Below are positions 8,824-19,021 of a DNA stretch of 64,000 bases, in pieces; the first letter of the stretch is position 1; each line of letters opens with the position of its first letter. The stretch is taken from contig OZ220696.1 of NCBI GenBank assembly GCA_965116495.1, positions 1,696,001 to 1,760,000 of the forward strand. The letters are read 5' to 3'. Origin of the DNA: Gammaproteobacteria bacterium (lineage in GTDB: Bacteria > Pseudomonadota > Gammaproteobacteria > Eutrophobiales > Eutrophobiaceae). The notes below the pieces were generated by a model. It saw only the letters and a list, made by a program, of their open reading frames with translations. It ran no database searches and had not been told where the DNA came from. A program made the position numbers and the translations under genes.

Positions 8824-9597
8824 ATGAAACAAGTCGCCGTCATTACGGGAGCCGGAGCCGGAATCGGCCGGGCCTGCGCCGGGAATCTTGCAGAAAAAGG
8901 CTACCGTGTTGTGATTACGGATATCGATCCGGGCCGGGTTGCGGAGACGACTGCTGAAATCACCGGGGCAGGGAGCGCTGCCATCGGCATCACCGGCGAT
9001 ATTTCCCTCGCTGAGACTGCGCTGGAAATCAGGGGAAAAACCCTGGACGCATGGGGCCGGATAGACGTACTGGTTGCCAACGCGGGGATACAGACCGGCG
9101 GGAGCCTGCTCGGTACCGGGGAACAGGACTGGGACATGATCCTGGCCGTCAACCTGAAAGGCGTGGCGCATTGCTGCAAAGCGGTGTTGCCGGCCATGCG
9201 GGAACAGCAATGCGGGGCAATTGTTATCGTCTCATCGGTGAATGCTGTTGTCGGCTCTGCCGGCATGGCCATGTATGACGCCAGCAAGGCAGCCGTGCTG
9301 GCGCTGATGCGCAACCTGGCGGTTGAAAACGGCGAGTACGGGATCAGGGTGAATGCCGTCGCCCCGGGCGCAACACTGACCGATTATCACCTGCAACGGG
9401 CAGCAGCCAGTGGGATGACCGGGCAGCAACTACGGGAAACCACCCGTGGCTATGGCTTGCTCGGCCGCGCTGCGGAACCGGATGAGATCGCACGCGCCAT
9501 CTGTTTCCTGGCATCGGATGAAGCATCGTTTATCACCGGCCAGACACTGTTCGCGGATGGCGGTTTTTCGGTCACATCCAACCGTCAGCCTGCCTGA
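8824..9597 (+). CDS. Short-chain dehydrogenase/reductase (SDR)
   Basis: TGAGAGIG, NAG, YDASK (YxxxK), ITGQTLFADGG; start placed at ATG 8824. Confidence 0.92.
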   Translation: MKQVAVITGAGAGIGRACAGNLAEKGYRVVITDIDPGRVAETTAEITGAGSAAIGITGDISLAETALEIRGKTLDAWGRIDVLVANAGIQTGGSLLGTGEQDWDMILAVNLKGVAHCCKAVLPAMREQQCGAIVIVSSVNAVVGSAGMAMYDASKAAVLALMRNLAVENGEYGIRVNAVAPGATLTDYHLQRAAASGMTGQQLRETTRGYGLLGRAAEPDEIARAICFLASDEASFITGQTLFADGGFSVTSNRQPA

Positions 9598-9609
9598 ACC
9601 CGCATAACC

Positions 9610-10599
9610 ATGACGGACAGAATTAAATGGGGCATCCTCGGGACCGGACGCATCGCCCGGAGTTTCGCGATTGCCCTGAACTATCTCGAAGACGCCGAAC
9701 TGTACGGAATAGCTTCCCGGTCTGAAGATAAAGCTGCTGCGTTTTCCGAAGAGTATTCAGTGCAGAAACATTTTCACGATTACAGGAGTCTCGCCGCCGA
9801 CCCTGACATCGACGTCGTGTATATCGCCACTCCCCATTCCCTGCACAAGGAGAACTGCCTGATGTGCCTGGAAAACGGCAAGGCCGTATTGTGCGAAAAA
9901 CCCTTTACAATCAATGCTTCGGAAGCGGCTGAGGTTATCGACTGCGCCCGTGAAAGCCGGTTGTTTCTCATGGAGGCGATGTGGACCCGTTTCGTCCCTG
10001 CAGCAGTTAAATTGAAGGAACTGATCACGGATAACGTCATCGGCGATATCCGGTACCTGTTTGCCGGCGGCGCAATCATACCCGGTTTTGAGCCGGATTT
10101 TTACGTGTTCAGGAAAGAACTGGGCGGCGGCGTGCTGCTCGATGCCGGTGTTTACCTGGTATCGCTGGCGTCCTGGCTGCTGGGCTATCCGGATAAAATC
10201 CAGTCCGTTGGAAAGCTGAATGACCGCGGCGTCGACGACCACGATGCGCTCCTGCTGGAGTACGACAGCGGCGCCATTGCCAGCATGTACGTTTCAATGC
10301 GCAGCAAATCCCGCCCGGATATTACCGTCCTGGGCGGCAAGGGAAAGATTTATGTCCACCCGCCCCTGTTCTGTCCCAGCAAAATTACCCTGAGCCTGTT
10401 CGATGCAGAAGAAACAGAAATAACTCTACCGATAGAATCCAACGGCTATCAATTTGAGGTAATGGAAGTTAACCGCTGCCTGCGGGAAGGAAGAACGGAA
10501 AGCGATGTCATGCCGTTGGACGAGACACTGGACATCATGCGGATAATGGATGAGATACGGGGACAGTTCGGCCTGAAATATCCGCTGGAAGCATCCTGA
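9610..10599 (+). CDS. Gfo/Idh/MocA-family oxidoreductase (dihydrodiol/xylose dehydrogenase-like)
   Basis: WGILGTGRIA, YIATPHSLH, LCEKP, MEAMWTRF, GGGVLLDAGVY. Confidence 0.92.
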   Translation: MTDRIKWGILGTGRIARSFAIALNYLEDAELYGIASRSEDKAAAFSEEYSVQKHFHDYRSLAADPDIDVVYIATPHSLHKENCLMCLENGKAVLCEKPFTINASEAAEVIDCARESRLFLMEAMWTRFVPAAVKLKELITDNVIGDIRYLFAGGAIIPGFEPDFYVFRKELGGGVLLDAGVYLVSLASWLLGYPDKIQSVGKLNDRGVDDHDALLLEYDSGAIASMYVSMRSKSRPDITVLGGKGKIYVHPPLFCPSKITLSLFDAEETEITLPIESNGYQFEVMEVNRCLREGRTESDVMPLDETLDIMRIMDEIRGQFGLKYPLEAS

Positions 10600-10632
10600 A
10601 GTGGGTATATAATGTATTCGTTTCCAGGCTAC

Positions 10633-10660
10633 CGTCATTCTGGCGAACGCCGGAATCCAG
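10633..10660 (+). repeat. CGTC-type REP-like palindrome
   Basis: CGTCATTCTGGCGAACGCCGGAATCCAG; family recurs throughout the window. Confidence 0.75.
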
Positions 10661-10686
10661 AAGGTAGCTTCTCACAATAACGTAAT

Positions 10687-10759
10687 GCCGGATTAGCTCA
10701 GTTGGTAGAGCGCCCGCCTTGTAAGCGGATGGTCGGCGGTTCGAATCCGTCATCCGGCA
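10687..10759 (+). tRNA. tRNA-Thr(TGT), CCA not encoded
   Basis: GCCGGAT/ATCCGGC acceptor stem, D arm GCTCAGTTGGTAGAGC, anticodon loop CTTGTAA, T loop GGTTCGAATCC. Confidence 0.93.
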
Positions 10760-11059
10760 GATTTTTCTTCTGACTGCTTGTGAAACGAAACAAGGGCAGG
10801 TCAATAAAGAGAATTCCTGTGTTAGCATAACAGGATACCGTGAGGCCGGTCTGATCCCCGGCGCCGAGGTCCTGTTGCGGAGCGCGGCACTGAACTTCTC
10901 CGCCTTTGCCTTGCCATCTTCGGGCAAACCAGTCGGCGTTATCCTACAGTCTGACCAACGTATCGATATATGACGGACTCCGGTACAGACAGGGCTGAAT
11001 AATTGTATTCTTGAATTTGGCCTGTAATTGCGTTATATTGCACCTGGTATATTGATCAT

Positions 11060-11418
11060 GGGGGCGTACCTGGTTTCGACGAGGGTGCTGAATCCCAAGG
11101 GGCATGCCGAGGCGCAGAATACCTCGTAAATACATCTGCAAACTTTTATAGTTGACGAAGAGTACAACTACGCTCTGGCCGCATAAAGCCGGCCAGCCTC
11201 TGACTGATTAGTGCTTGTGCTTTCAATCCCAGAGGTCAGATACACAAGCTCGCGATGAAGTCTGTCCGGGGTGGATTCGCTAAAACTTAACGGACTCGTT
11301 GCCTGCGTTCCCCCGCCGTTTCGGGTAACAGGCGATTAAATTCAATGATTCGGCTAAGCATGTAGAACCGAAGGCTGATGGCTCGCGGACGCCGGTTCGA
11401 CTCCGGCCGCCTCCACCA
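11060..11418 (+). ncRNA. ssrA: tmRNA
   Basis: 5' GGGGGCG pairs with 3' CGCCTCC-ACCA with G3.U wobble; GGTTTCGAC; T loop GGTTCGACTCC; tag frame 11154-11186 reads DEEYNYALAA*. Confidence 0.95.
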
Positions 11419-11427
11419 TGTCATTGA

Positions 11428-11455
11428 CTGGATTCTGGCTTCCGCCAGAACGACG
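11428..11455 (-). repeat. CGTC-type REP-like palindrome
   Basis: Reverse complement reads CGTCGTTCTGGCGGAAGCCAGAATCCAG. Confidence 0.75.
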
Positions 11456-11465
11456 GGACAATGGT

Positions 11466-11948
11466 TCAGATATACATCATGATACTGTCCAGCGGCGCGT
11501 CTGCGTTAAGCAGGTCCACGCGCTTGAATTTTATTTTCAGCCCCTCCCCTGTCTGAACCAGGCGCCAGGTGACAGTTCCGGCAAAGGTGTCCTGTTTGCG
11601 GTGATGGATCACGGCGATCACGCTCGCAGTGACGGTAATCCCGCCGTCAGGACCTGCCGGTGTACCGGTTTCCAGTTTTGACAGGATGCGCACGGACCGC
11701 ACCTCCTGCTGCATGGACGGCGATAACGGGTTGTGCAGGTTGTACTTGCGCATTTCCATCAGGGCGCGGTTGTCGTAGATCAGGGAATCGTGCTGTTCCG
11801 GGTCGGTCTGGTCCCGTTCCAGCGGCATCCAGTAAAAACCGTCTTCCGTAAACAGGGAGATCCAGGTATCGAGGTCAGCCTTATCCAGGCAGCGCGTCTC
11901 CAGGCGGATCAGGTCTGCGATAGCTTCCTGTAGTGTATCGTCAGCCAT
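11466..11948 (-). CDS. Aromatic ring-hydroxylating dioxygenase beta subunit
   Basis: E..LD....W..LFTEDGFYWMP, SLIYD, KIKFKRVDLLN; directly downstream of the alpha subunit. Confidence 0.9.
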   Translation of the reverse strand: MADDTLQEAIADLIRLETRCLDKADLDTWISLFTEDGFYWMPLERDQTDPEQHDSLIYDNRALMEMRKYNLHNPLSPSMQQEVRSVRILSKLETGTPAGPDGGITVTASVIAVIHHRKQDTFAGTVTWRLVQTGEGLKIKFKRVDLLNADAPLDSIMMYI

Positions 11949-11949
11949 T

Positions 11950-13266
11950 TCAGATCATATATTCGAGCCAGGCCGTGTACTGGTTGCGCAACGCCAGGTC
12001 GCTGGTGCCGGCTGCCCTTAGCCTCCCCCCGTCCCGGACTTCCCTGCCGTAGTGGCGGTGCATGTCTATCCATTCGGCTGCGCCAGCCTCAGCGCTTTCC
12101 TGGATCCGGATATAGCATTCCAGGTCATCCGGGCCGACCATCGAGGCAGGGGAGTTGATCAGGCGCGAGTAGCGCAGGGTGCGTTCCAGCATGTTCGGAG
12201 GCGCCCCTTTCAACCTGAAAGTCCAGGATTCGATGATGGTTTCGTTGACCGACACCGGTATGACGATACGGACGGATTGAATATTGTCACGCACCGTGCA
12301 GGAGGGGTAGAGCAGACCGTTATGGCGGTTGAACGAGAGTATTTCCCGGGTGCGTTCCCTGCCGTAGGCCTGTTCCATCGCCTGCAGGTAATCGGGGTAG
12401 ACCTGGTAGTGGCTGAAAATGCTGGATGTACCGCCCATGTAGGCATGTCCCCGCGGCAGCCCGACAAAACCCATCTTGTCGAAGAAGTCATAGGATCCGC
12501 CAAACGGGGCGATGACTTCCGCTTCCGGTAACGGGTCATGGCCGGACGGAAGCTGTTCCAAGTATTGCCGTACCGCGTCACTGGTGCCGGCATGGGCCAC
12601 CATGGGGTGCATGGCGTCGTGCAGGTTCTCGGTGAAGAACTTCCAGTTGACCGGATGACGAAACCGGTGACAGGTCTTCCCGGTCACCTCAACCTCACCG
12701 GCGGGCGCGCGATCGACCATGTTATCAATGGTGTCGCGCATTTCACCGAGGAAGCTTTCAAGGTCAGGCCCTGTCGCGGAAAGAGAGGCGAAGACAAAAC
12801 CCCGATACTGCCCGGTTCTGGCCACCCCGGGCAGACCGTATTCGGTAGCGCTGCTGTCGAAACCCACGTCCCTGTAGCCGGCCGGGCTCGGCTGCGAGCG
12901 CAATGACCCGTCCGTCCGGTACGTCCAGCCGTGATACGGGCACTTGAATATCCCGTTGCCGGCGCTGCCGTTACGGGCCTGGCAGACCTGTGCGCCGCGA
13001 TGCCCGCAGCGGTTCACCAACACGTTGATATCAGTGCCGTTCATGTCCCTGACCATGATGACCGGCGTAAGCCCGATACTGGTGGTAAGATAATCCCCTG
13101 GGGATTTAACCTGGCTCTCATGGCCGACGTAGATCCATGCCTGCCCCCAGATCCGCTCCATTTCCAGTTTGAAGATATCTTCCCTGACATAGACGTCTCG
13201 GTGTACGCGGGCAGGTTCGACCAGGGAGTTCAGGGCTTTGGGGTTGTCGTAGAGCTCGTGTCTCAT
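11950..13266 (-). CDS. Aromatic ring-hydroxylating (Rieske) dioxygenase alpha subunit
   Basis: Rieske ligands NRCGHRG...CPYHGW; mononuclear Fe site ENLHDAMHPMVAH and GPDD; start placed at ATG 13266. Confidence 0.93.
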   Translation of the reverse strand: MRHELYDNPKALNSLVEPARVHRDVYVREDIFKLEMERIWGQAWIYVGHESQVKSPGDYLTTSIGLTPVIMVRDMNGTDINVLVNRCGHRGAQVCQARNGSAGNGIFKCPYHGWTYRTDGSLRSQPSPAGYRDVGFDSSATEYGLPGVARTGQYRGFVFASLSATGPDLESFLGEMRDTIDNMVDRAPAGEVEVTGKTCHRFRHPVNWKFFTENLHDAMHPMVAHAGTSDAVRQYLEQLPSGHDPLPEAEVIAPFGGSYDFFDKMGFVGLPRGHAYMGGTSSIFSHYQVYPDYLQAMEQAYGRERTREILSFNRHNGLLYPSCTVRDNIQSVRIVIPVSVNETIIESWTFRLKGAPPNMLERTLRYSRLINSPASMVGPDDLECYIRIQESAEAGAAEWIDMHRHYGREVRDGGRLRAAGTSDLALRNQYTAWLEYMI

Positions 13267-13275
13267 TGTCGACAG

Positions 13276-13304
13276 GTTATAAAGATTTATGGATGCTGGG
13301 TCAA
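13276..13304 (-). promoter_or_regulatory. Candidate sigma-70 promoter for the dioxygenase, with -35 inside a REP
   Basis: TTGACC (13304-13299)-N17-TATAAC (13281-13276). Confidence 0.5.
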
Positions 13305-13318
13305 GCCCGGCATGACGA
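13290..13318 (-). repeat. CGTC-type REP-like palindrome
   Basis: Reverse complement TCGTCATGCCGGGCTTGACCCAGCATCCA. Confidence 0.75.
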
Positions 13319-13322
13319 TAAC

Positions 13323-13352
13323 AAAATAAAAAGCCGGACAATGTCCGGCTTT
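13323..13352 (-). terminator. Intrinsic terminator after rplQ
   Basis: AGCCGGAC-N3-GTCCGGCT stem followed by TTTTATTTT on the minus strand. Confidence 0.8.
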
Positions 13353-13384
13353 GAGTTCTTACCACTTTATCAGTTATAGTTATC

Positions 13385-13783
13385 TCAGCTTTCCGTACTA
13401 TTGTTATTTTCTTCCGAACTTGTTACGGGCCGGTCTACCAGTTCCACGATGGCCATCGGCGCCTTATCACCGACCCGGTAACCGCATTTCAGTATGCGCA
13501 GGTAGCCACCCGGCCTGCTCTTGTAACGCGGTCCTAATTCATTAAACAGCTTGGTCACCGTCGGCCTGTCGCGCAAACGGGAGAATGCCAGTCTGCGCCT
13601 GGCAACGGAATCCGTTTTTGCCAGTGTAATCAAAGGTTCGGCCACGCGGCGCAATTCCTTGGCCTTGGCAACGGTGGTTTTGATCGTTTCGTGCTGTACC
13701 AGCGAGACGGCCATATTACGAAACATCGCCTTGCGATGGCTGCTGTTCCGGTTCAGTTTCCGCCCGCTTTCTCTATGTCGCAT
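13385..13783 (-). CDS. rplQ: 50S ribosomal protein L17
   Basis: [30 protein letters not shown]. Confidence 0.97.
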   Translation of the reverse strand: MRHRESGRKLNRNSSHRKAMFRNMAVSLVQHETIKTTVAKAKELRRVAEPLITLAKTDSVARRRLAFSRLRDRPTVTKLFNELGPRYKSRPGGYLRILKCGYRVGDKAPMAIVELVDRPVTSSEENNNSTES

Positions 13784-13802
13784 AACAGTAACCCGGCTAA
13801 AT

Positions 13803-14822
13803 CTAATGTGATATGACAGACGCCATTTCCCTTTCCTCATACAGGTCGGAAGGGGGCCAGTTTTCCAGCCTCATCCCCAGCGACAGGCCGCGGGAGGCGA
13901 GCACGTCCTTGATTTCCGTCAGGGATTTTTTACCCAGGTTCGGGGTCTTTAACAATTCCATTTCCGTACGCTGAATCAGGTCGCCGATATAGTAGATACT
14001 TTCCGCCTTCAGACAGTTGGCCGAACGAACGGTGAGTTCCAGGTCATCCACAGGGCGTAACAGGACGGGATCGATATCCGGCTCATCACTCGCTGCCGGG
14101 GTTTCTTCGGCCTGTTCCGCTTCCAGGTCAACGAATATGGATAACTGGTTGCGCAGGATAAGCGCAGCTTCCTTGATGGCTTCTTCCGGGTTGATAGTAC
14201 CGTTCGTTTCCACTTCAAGAATCAACTTGTCCAGGTCCGTCTGTTGTTCCACGCGGGCACTCTGGACATCATAAGACACGCGTTTAACGGGACTGAACGA
14301 AGCATCCAGCTTCAGCCTGCCTATACTCTGTCCGATATCTTCATCCGGATTGCCTATCGTTACTGGGCGGTAACCGCGTCCGCGCTCAACTATGATACTC
14401 ATATTCAACTCACCGGCCCGGGTGAGATTTGCAATCGGTTGATCGGGATTGGCAATTTCCACGTCGTGGTCCACGCTGATGTCGCTTGCCTTGACTTCAC
14501 CCGGTCCGATCTTGCTCAAAGACAGGGTGACATCGTCCTTGGCATGTACATTGATCGCCAGTTCCTTCAGGTTCAGCAGGATATCCGTCACATCCTCGTG
14601 CACACCGTCGATTGTTGTATATTCGTGTAACACACCGTCTATTTCCACTTCGGTCACCGCACAACCTGACATGGATGACAACAAAACCCGGCGCAAGGCA
14701 TTGCCTAAAGTATGACCAAAACCACGATTGAGCGGTTCTATGGTAATTTTTGCCAGCGTATTGCTGATGTTTTCCACATCAACCCGGCGCGGTTTTAATA
14801 ATTCACTGAATGTTGAAGGCAT
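13803..14822 (-). CDS. rpoA: RNA polymerase alpha subunit
   Basis: [37 protein letters not shown]. Confidence 0.98.
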   Translation of the reverse strand: MPSTFSELLKPRRVDVENISNTLAKITIEPLNRGFGHTLGNALRRVLLSSMSGCAVTEVEIDGVLHEYTTIDGVHEDVTDILLNLKELAINVHAKDDVTLSLSKIGPGEVKASDISVDHDVEIANPDQPIANLTRAGELNMSIIVERGRGYRPVTIGNPDEDIGQSIGRLKLDASFSPVKRVSYDVQSARVEQQTDLDKLILEVETNGTINPEEAIKEAALILRNQLSIFVDLEAEQAEETPAASDEPDIDPVLLRPVDDLELTVRSANCLKAESIYYIGDLIQRTEMELLKTPNLGKKSLTEIKDVLASRGLSLGMRLENWPPSDLYEEREMASVISH

Positions 14823-14843
14823 ATCTGTTGTTCCTGTAGCTGC

Positions 14844-15464
14844 TTACTTGGAATAAAGTTCTACGACTAACTGTTCGTTTATATCCGATGGCAGTTCACT
14901 GCGTTCAGGCGTTGATTTAAACACTCCTGCCATCTTCTTGGGATCAACCTCTACCCACTCCGGAAACCCGATCTGTTCTGCTACATTAAGGGCATCCTGG
15001 ATGCGCAGTTGTTTCTTGTTTTTTTCCTTTATCTCAACCTTGTCCTCGGGCTTGACCTGATAGGATGGAATATTAACGGACTGTCCATTTACCAGTATCG
15101 ATTTGTGGCTTACCAGTTGCCTGGCCTCATTACGGGTACAGCCAAACCCCATCCGGAACACCACGTTGTCAAGGCGAGTTTCAAGAATTTGCAACAGGTT
15201 CTCTCCGGTGGATCCTTTACGCCGGACTGCTTCCTTGTAATAGCGGCGAAACTGCTTTTCCAGGACACCATAGATGCGCCGCAGCTTCTGCTTTTCCCTG
15301 AGTTGAACAGCATAGTCAGACAACCTCTTTGCCCTGACGCCTTGCTGGCCGGGCGGTTTGTCAATCTGGCATTTGGATTCTATAGGCCGTGCACGGCTTT
15401 TCAAAAACAGGTCGACGCCTTCACGGCGACTCAGCTTACATTTGGGTCCTAGGTAACGAGCCAT
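14844..15464 (-). CDS. rpsD: 30S ribosomal protein S4
   Basis: [32 protein letters not shown]. Confidence 0.97.
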   Translation of the reverse strand: MARYLGPKCKLSRREGVDLFLKSRARPIESKCQIDKPPGQQGVRAKRLSDYAVQLREKQKLRRIYGVLEKQFRRYYKEAVRRKGSTGENLLQILETRLDNVVFRMGFGCTRNEARQLVSHKSILVNGQSVNIPSYQVKPEDKVEIKEKNKKQLRIQDALNVAEQIGFPEWVEVDPKKMAGVFKSTPERSELPSDINEQLVVELYSK

Positions 15465-15475
15465 ATCTCCTCCGA

Positions 15476-15862
15476 TTACACCCGCCTTCTTTTTGGCGGG
15501 CGACAACCATTATGGGGGATGGGCGTTACGTCAGTGATATTGGTAATCTTATAGCCCAGTGCATTCAATGCGCGTACTGCCGACTCCCGGCCTGGTCCGG
15601 GACCTTTAATATTCACTTCCAGGTTCTTCATGCCGAACTCCTGTGCCACTTCACCCACTTTCTGGGCAGCGATCTGCGCGGCAAACGGCGTGCTTTTGCG
15701 TGAGCCGCGAAATCCACTACCGCCGGCCGTGGCCCACGCAAGCGTATTGCCCTGCCTGTCGGTAATATTGATGATGGTATTGTTAAATGACGCATGAACG
15801 TGCGCGATACCATCAACTACCGTTTTCTTGACCTTCTTTCTTGTACTTCTCGGTTTTGCCAT
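15476..15862 (-). CDS. rpsK: 30S ribosomal protein S11
   Basis: [32 protein letters not shown]. Confidence 0.98.
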   Translation of the reverse strand: MAKPRSTRKKVKKTVVDGIAHVHASFNNTIINITDRQGNTLAWATAGGSGFRGSRKSTPFAAQIAAQKVGEVAQEFGMKNLEVNIKGPGPGRESAVRALNALGYKITNITDVTPIPHNGCRPPKRRRV

Positions 15863-15878
15863 TCACTTTCTCGTAGTG

Positions 15879-16235
15879 TTACTTTTTGATGATCCGGCGA
15901 GGCCCTTTGCGTGTCCTCGCATTCGTACGGGTACGCTGGCCGCGCAAGGGAAGCCCGCGCCGGTGACGGATGCCACGGTATGAGCCTAAATCCATCAGGC
16001 GCTTGATGTTCATGGATACATCCCTGCGTAAATCACCTTCCAGCTCATAATTCGTGACTTCCGCACGCAGCTGGTCCAGTTGGCCCTCACTGAGCGTCGA
16101 CACCTTGACGGCAGGTTCTATTCCCGTTGCCGAACAGATTTTCCGGGCACTGGTATTTCCTATGCCATAAATATGGGTCAACGCAATGCTGACGTGTTTA
16201 TTATCCGGGATATTTACCCCTGCAATACGAGCCAT
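15879..16235 (-). CDS. rpsM: 30S ribosomal protein S13
   Basis: [24 protein letters not shown]. Confidence 0.98.
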   Translation of the reverse strand: MARIAGVNIPDNKHVSIALTHIYGIGNTSARKICSATGIEPAVKVSTLSEGQLDQLRAEVTNYELEGDLRRDVSMNIKRLMDLGSYRGIRHRRGLPLRGQRTRTNARTRKGPRRIIKK

Positions 16236-16263
16236 CAGTTTTCTCTCCTGTCAGTTTCCGGCA

Positions 16264-16288
16264 GAGGACGGAATTGAATTCCGTCCCC
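16264..16288. repeat. GGGGAC-type short palindrome
   Basis: GAGGACGGAATT-G-AATTCCGTCCCC; same family as 39088 and 45498. Confidence 0.6.
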
Positions 16289-16324
16289 GTACGATTTCAA
16301 TAGGTTCTTGAGTCACCATTCGGC

Positions 16325-16438
16325 TCACCCCTGCCGCTGTTTGTGACGCGGGTCGGAACAGATAACACGGACACTTCCCCGCCTGCGGATAATGCGGCAA
16401 TTTCTACATATCTTTTTTACAGAAGCCCTGACTTTCAT
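16325..16438 (-). CDS. rpmJ: 50S ribosomal protein L36 (Zn-binding type)
   Basis: Not in the ORF track; [37 protein letters not shown]. Confidence 0.97.
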   Translation of the reverse strand: MKVRASVKKICRNCRIIRRRGSVRVICSDPRHKQRQG

Positions 16439-16476
16439 TTCATTCTCCGCGCATATTCCGTTCATGGAAGCGCATT

Positions 16477-17820
16477 TCAACGCCGCCCATGGCTTTTCAG
16501 ATTGGCCTTCTTTAACGCGCCTTCGTATTGATGCGACATCAAATGGGCCTGAATTTGCGCCATAAAATCCATTACGACGACCACGATGATCAATAATGAC
16601 GTCCCACCGAAATAGAACGGCACGTTATATTGTATGATCAGGAACTCCGGCAACAGGCACACGAAAGTGATGTACAAGGCGCCGACCATGGTCAACTTTG
16701 TCAATACACCGTCAAGATACTTAGCTGTCTGTTCTCCGGGCCTCATCCCCGGTACAAACGCACCCGATTTTTTCAGGTTGTCCGCTGTTTCCCTCGGATC
16801 AAAAACCACGGCAGTGTAGAAAAAGCAGAAGAAAATGATCCCTGCGGCATAGAACGCGACGTATATCGGTTGTCCGGGTTGCAGCAATGTTGCCAGGTCC
16901 TGCAGCCAACGCATTTCCCGGGCCTGGCCCGCCCAGCTTGCCAGGGTCCCCGGAAACAGGATCAGGCTGGAAGCAAAAATCGGCGGAATAACCCCCGCCA
17001 TATTCAGCTTCAAGGGTAAATGGCTTGATTGGCCCGCGTACAGTTTTCGCCCTACCTGGCGTTGAGCATAATTTACCGTAATCCTGCGCTGTCCTCGCTC
17101 AATAAAAACGACAAAGCCTGTGACGGCGATGGCCAGGGTGAACAGGGTGAACACCATTATCAGGTGCAATTCACCGGTGCGGGATAACTCCAGCGTTCCG
17201 CCGATCGCGGACGGCAGGCCGGCAACGATACCGGCAAAAATGATCAATGAGATTCCGTTACCCACACCCCGCTCGGTGATCTGTTCCCCCAGCCACATCA
17301 GGAACATGGTCCCGGTTACCAGCGTGGTTACCGCGGTGACGCGAAAAGCGATCCCCGGGTCCATCACAACCGAACCGCCGGCAACCTGCTGACCCTCCAG
17401 CGCCAGCGATACGCCCAGTGCCTGGAACGTGGCCAGCAGCACCGTTCCGTAGCGCGTATACTGGGTGATCCTGCGGCGTCCCGCTTCACCTTCCCTGCGC
17501 AACTGCTTCAGGCGCGGGTCGACGAATGACAAAATCTGCATGATGATCGAGGCGGATATGTACGGCATGATGCCAAGGGCGACCACCGACAAGCGTTCCA
17601 GTGCGCCGCCGGAAAACATATTGAACATATCCAGGATAGTGCCCCGCTGTTGCTCGAACAGTTGTGCCAGGGTATCCGGGTTTATGCCAGGGACGGGAAT
17701 AAACGTACATATCCGGTAAATAAACAGGGCGAACAGGACGAACAGCAGCCGCCTGCGTAACTCCGTTACCTGGGTCAACCCGGCGAGACCGCCTGGTATT
17801 GCTGGATTTTTTGCTGCCAT
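16477..17820 (-). CDS. secY: Preprotein translocase SecY
   Basis: [37 protein letters not shown]. Confidence 0.98.
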   Translation of the reverse strand: MAAKNPAIPGGLAGLTQVTELRRRLLFVLFALFIYRICTFIPVPGINPDTLAQLFEQQRGTILDMFNMFSGGALERLSVVALGIMPYISASIIMQILSFVDPRLKQLRREGEAGRRRITQYTRYGTVLLATFQALGVSLALEGQQVAGGSVVMDPGIAFRVTAVTTLVTGTMFLMWLGEQITERGVGNGISLIIFAGIVAGLPSAIGGTLELSRTGELHLIMVFTLFTLAIAVTGFVVFIERGQRRITVNYAQRQVGRKLYAGQSSHLPLKLNMAGVIPPIFASSLILFPGTLASWAGQAREMRWLQDLATLLQPGQPIYVAFYAAGIIFFCFFYTAVVFDPRETADNLKKSGAFVPGMRPGEQTAKYLDGVLTKLTMVGALYITFVCLLPEFLIIQYNVPFYFGGTSLLIIVVVVMDFMAQIQAHLMSHQYEGALKKANLKSHGRR

Positions 17821-17823
17821 GCC

Positions 17824-18258
17824 CTACTCTTCGAACTTCCCGCCGGCGGCTTCAATGGCAGCCCGCGCTCCCTTTGTTGCCCGAATTCCCTTGATGGTGA
17901 CTGCCTTACCGATCGTTCCGCTGGCAATAATTTTTACCCTCTTGATTTTCCACGGGATCAGCCCGGCTTTTTTCAACACATTCACGTCGATGGTTTCGGC
18001 TGCCGCTTTCTCCAGTTCATCAAGCCGGATTTCATCGGTAATCCGGGACAGGTAGGAGCGGAAACCAACCTTGGGCAATCGCCGCTGCAACGGCATCTGT
18101 CCACCCTCAAAACCTACCTTGTGATACCCGCCTGAGCGTGACTTCTGTCCCTTATGGCCGCGGCCTGCCGTCTTTCCATGTCCGGACCCGATACCCCGGC
18201 CCACTCGTTTGGCCGCACGTCTGGCGCCGTCCGCAGGCTTGATTGTATTAAGACGCAT
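17824..18258 (-). CDS. rplO: 50S ribosomal protein L15
   Basis: [18 protein letters not shown]. Confidence 0.97.
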   Translation of the reverse strand: MRLNTIKPADGARRAAKRVGRGIGSGHGKTAGRGHKGQKSRSGGYHKVGFEGGQMPLQRRLPKVGFRSYLSRITDEIRLDELEKAAAETIDVNVLKKAGLIPWKIKRVKIIASGTIGKAVTIKGIRATKGARAAIEAAGGKFEE

Positions 18259-18259
18259 T

Positions 18260-18451
18260 TCAGATTTCATCGATTGTTAACAAATAGGCCACCTTATTGA
18301 TCATGCCCCGGTTTTCCACAGTATCCGCAAGCGTTACCGAATGACCTATGCGGCGCAGACCCAGGCCCGCAACGCAGGCTTTGTGCTTTGCCGTCCTGCG
18401 GTTGACGCTGCGTTTCAAGGTAACCTTGATCTGTTTCTTTGTCTCGGCCAT
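18260..18451 (-). CDS. rpmD: 50S ribosomal protein L30
   Basis: [21 protein letters not shown]. Confidence 0.96.
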   Translation of the reverse strand: MAETKKQIKVTLKRSVNRRTAKHKACVAGLGLRRIGHSVTLADTVENRGMINKVAYLLTIDEI

Positions 18452-18492
18452 CATTATCCCGGTGTTCTTTCGTATCCTATTCTAACCCATGC

Positions 18493-18999
18493 CTACCCGG
18501 TAATTTCTTCAACGGTTTTACCGCGTTTTGCCGCGAAATATTCCGGTGCATCCATCGACTGCAACCCTTTCATTGTCGTCCTGACCACGTTAATCGGATT
18601 GGTCGACCCCGTGCATTTTGCCAGCACGTTATTTACCCCGGCGCATTCAAAAACCGCCCGCATTGCACCGCCGGCAATAATACCCGTACCTTCCGAGGCC
18701 GGTTGCATGTACACCTTGGCAGCGCCGTGTCTTGCCGTGATTGCATAATGCAATGTATCACCGTTAAGCGGGACGGTAATCATGTTACGACGCGCTTTTT
18801 CCATGGCTTTCTGTATTGCAACCGGCACTTCCCGAGCCTTGCCCCGGCCAAACCCGACTCTGCCGTTTCCGTCTCCGACAACGGTCAATGCCGTAAAGCC
18901 GAATACACGCCCGCCTTTGACAACCTTGGCCACCCGGTTGACTGCTACCAATTTCTCCAGTAAGTCCTCATTACCGGTGATGGATTCTGATACCGCCAT
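18493..18999 (-). CDS. rpsE: 30S ribosomal protein S5
   Basis: [23 protein letters not shown]. Confidence 0.98.
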   Translation of the reverse strand: MAVSESITGNEDLLEKLVAVNRVAKVVKGGRVFGFTALTVVGDGNGRVGFGRGKAREVPVAIQKAMEKARRNMITVPLNGDTLHYAITARHGAAKVYMQPASEGTGIIAGGAMRAVFECAGVNNVLAKCTGSTNPINVVRTTMKGLQSMDAPEYFAAKRGKTVEEITG

Positions 19000-19021
19000 G
19001 CTGGTTTTATCTCCTCACCTG

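Noticed and set aside
11400-13384. Integrative element at the ssrA 3' end
   Set aside because: No integrase, and I found no duplicated ssrA 3' end in the window.
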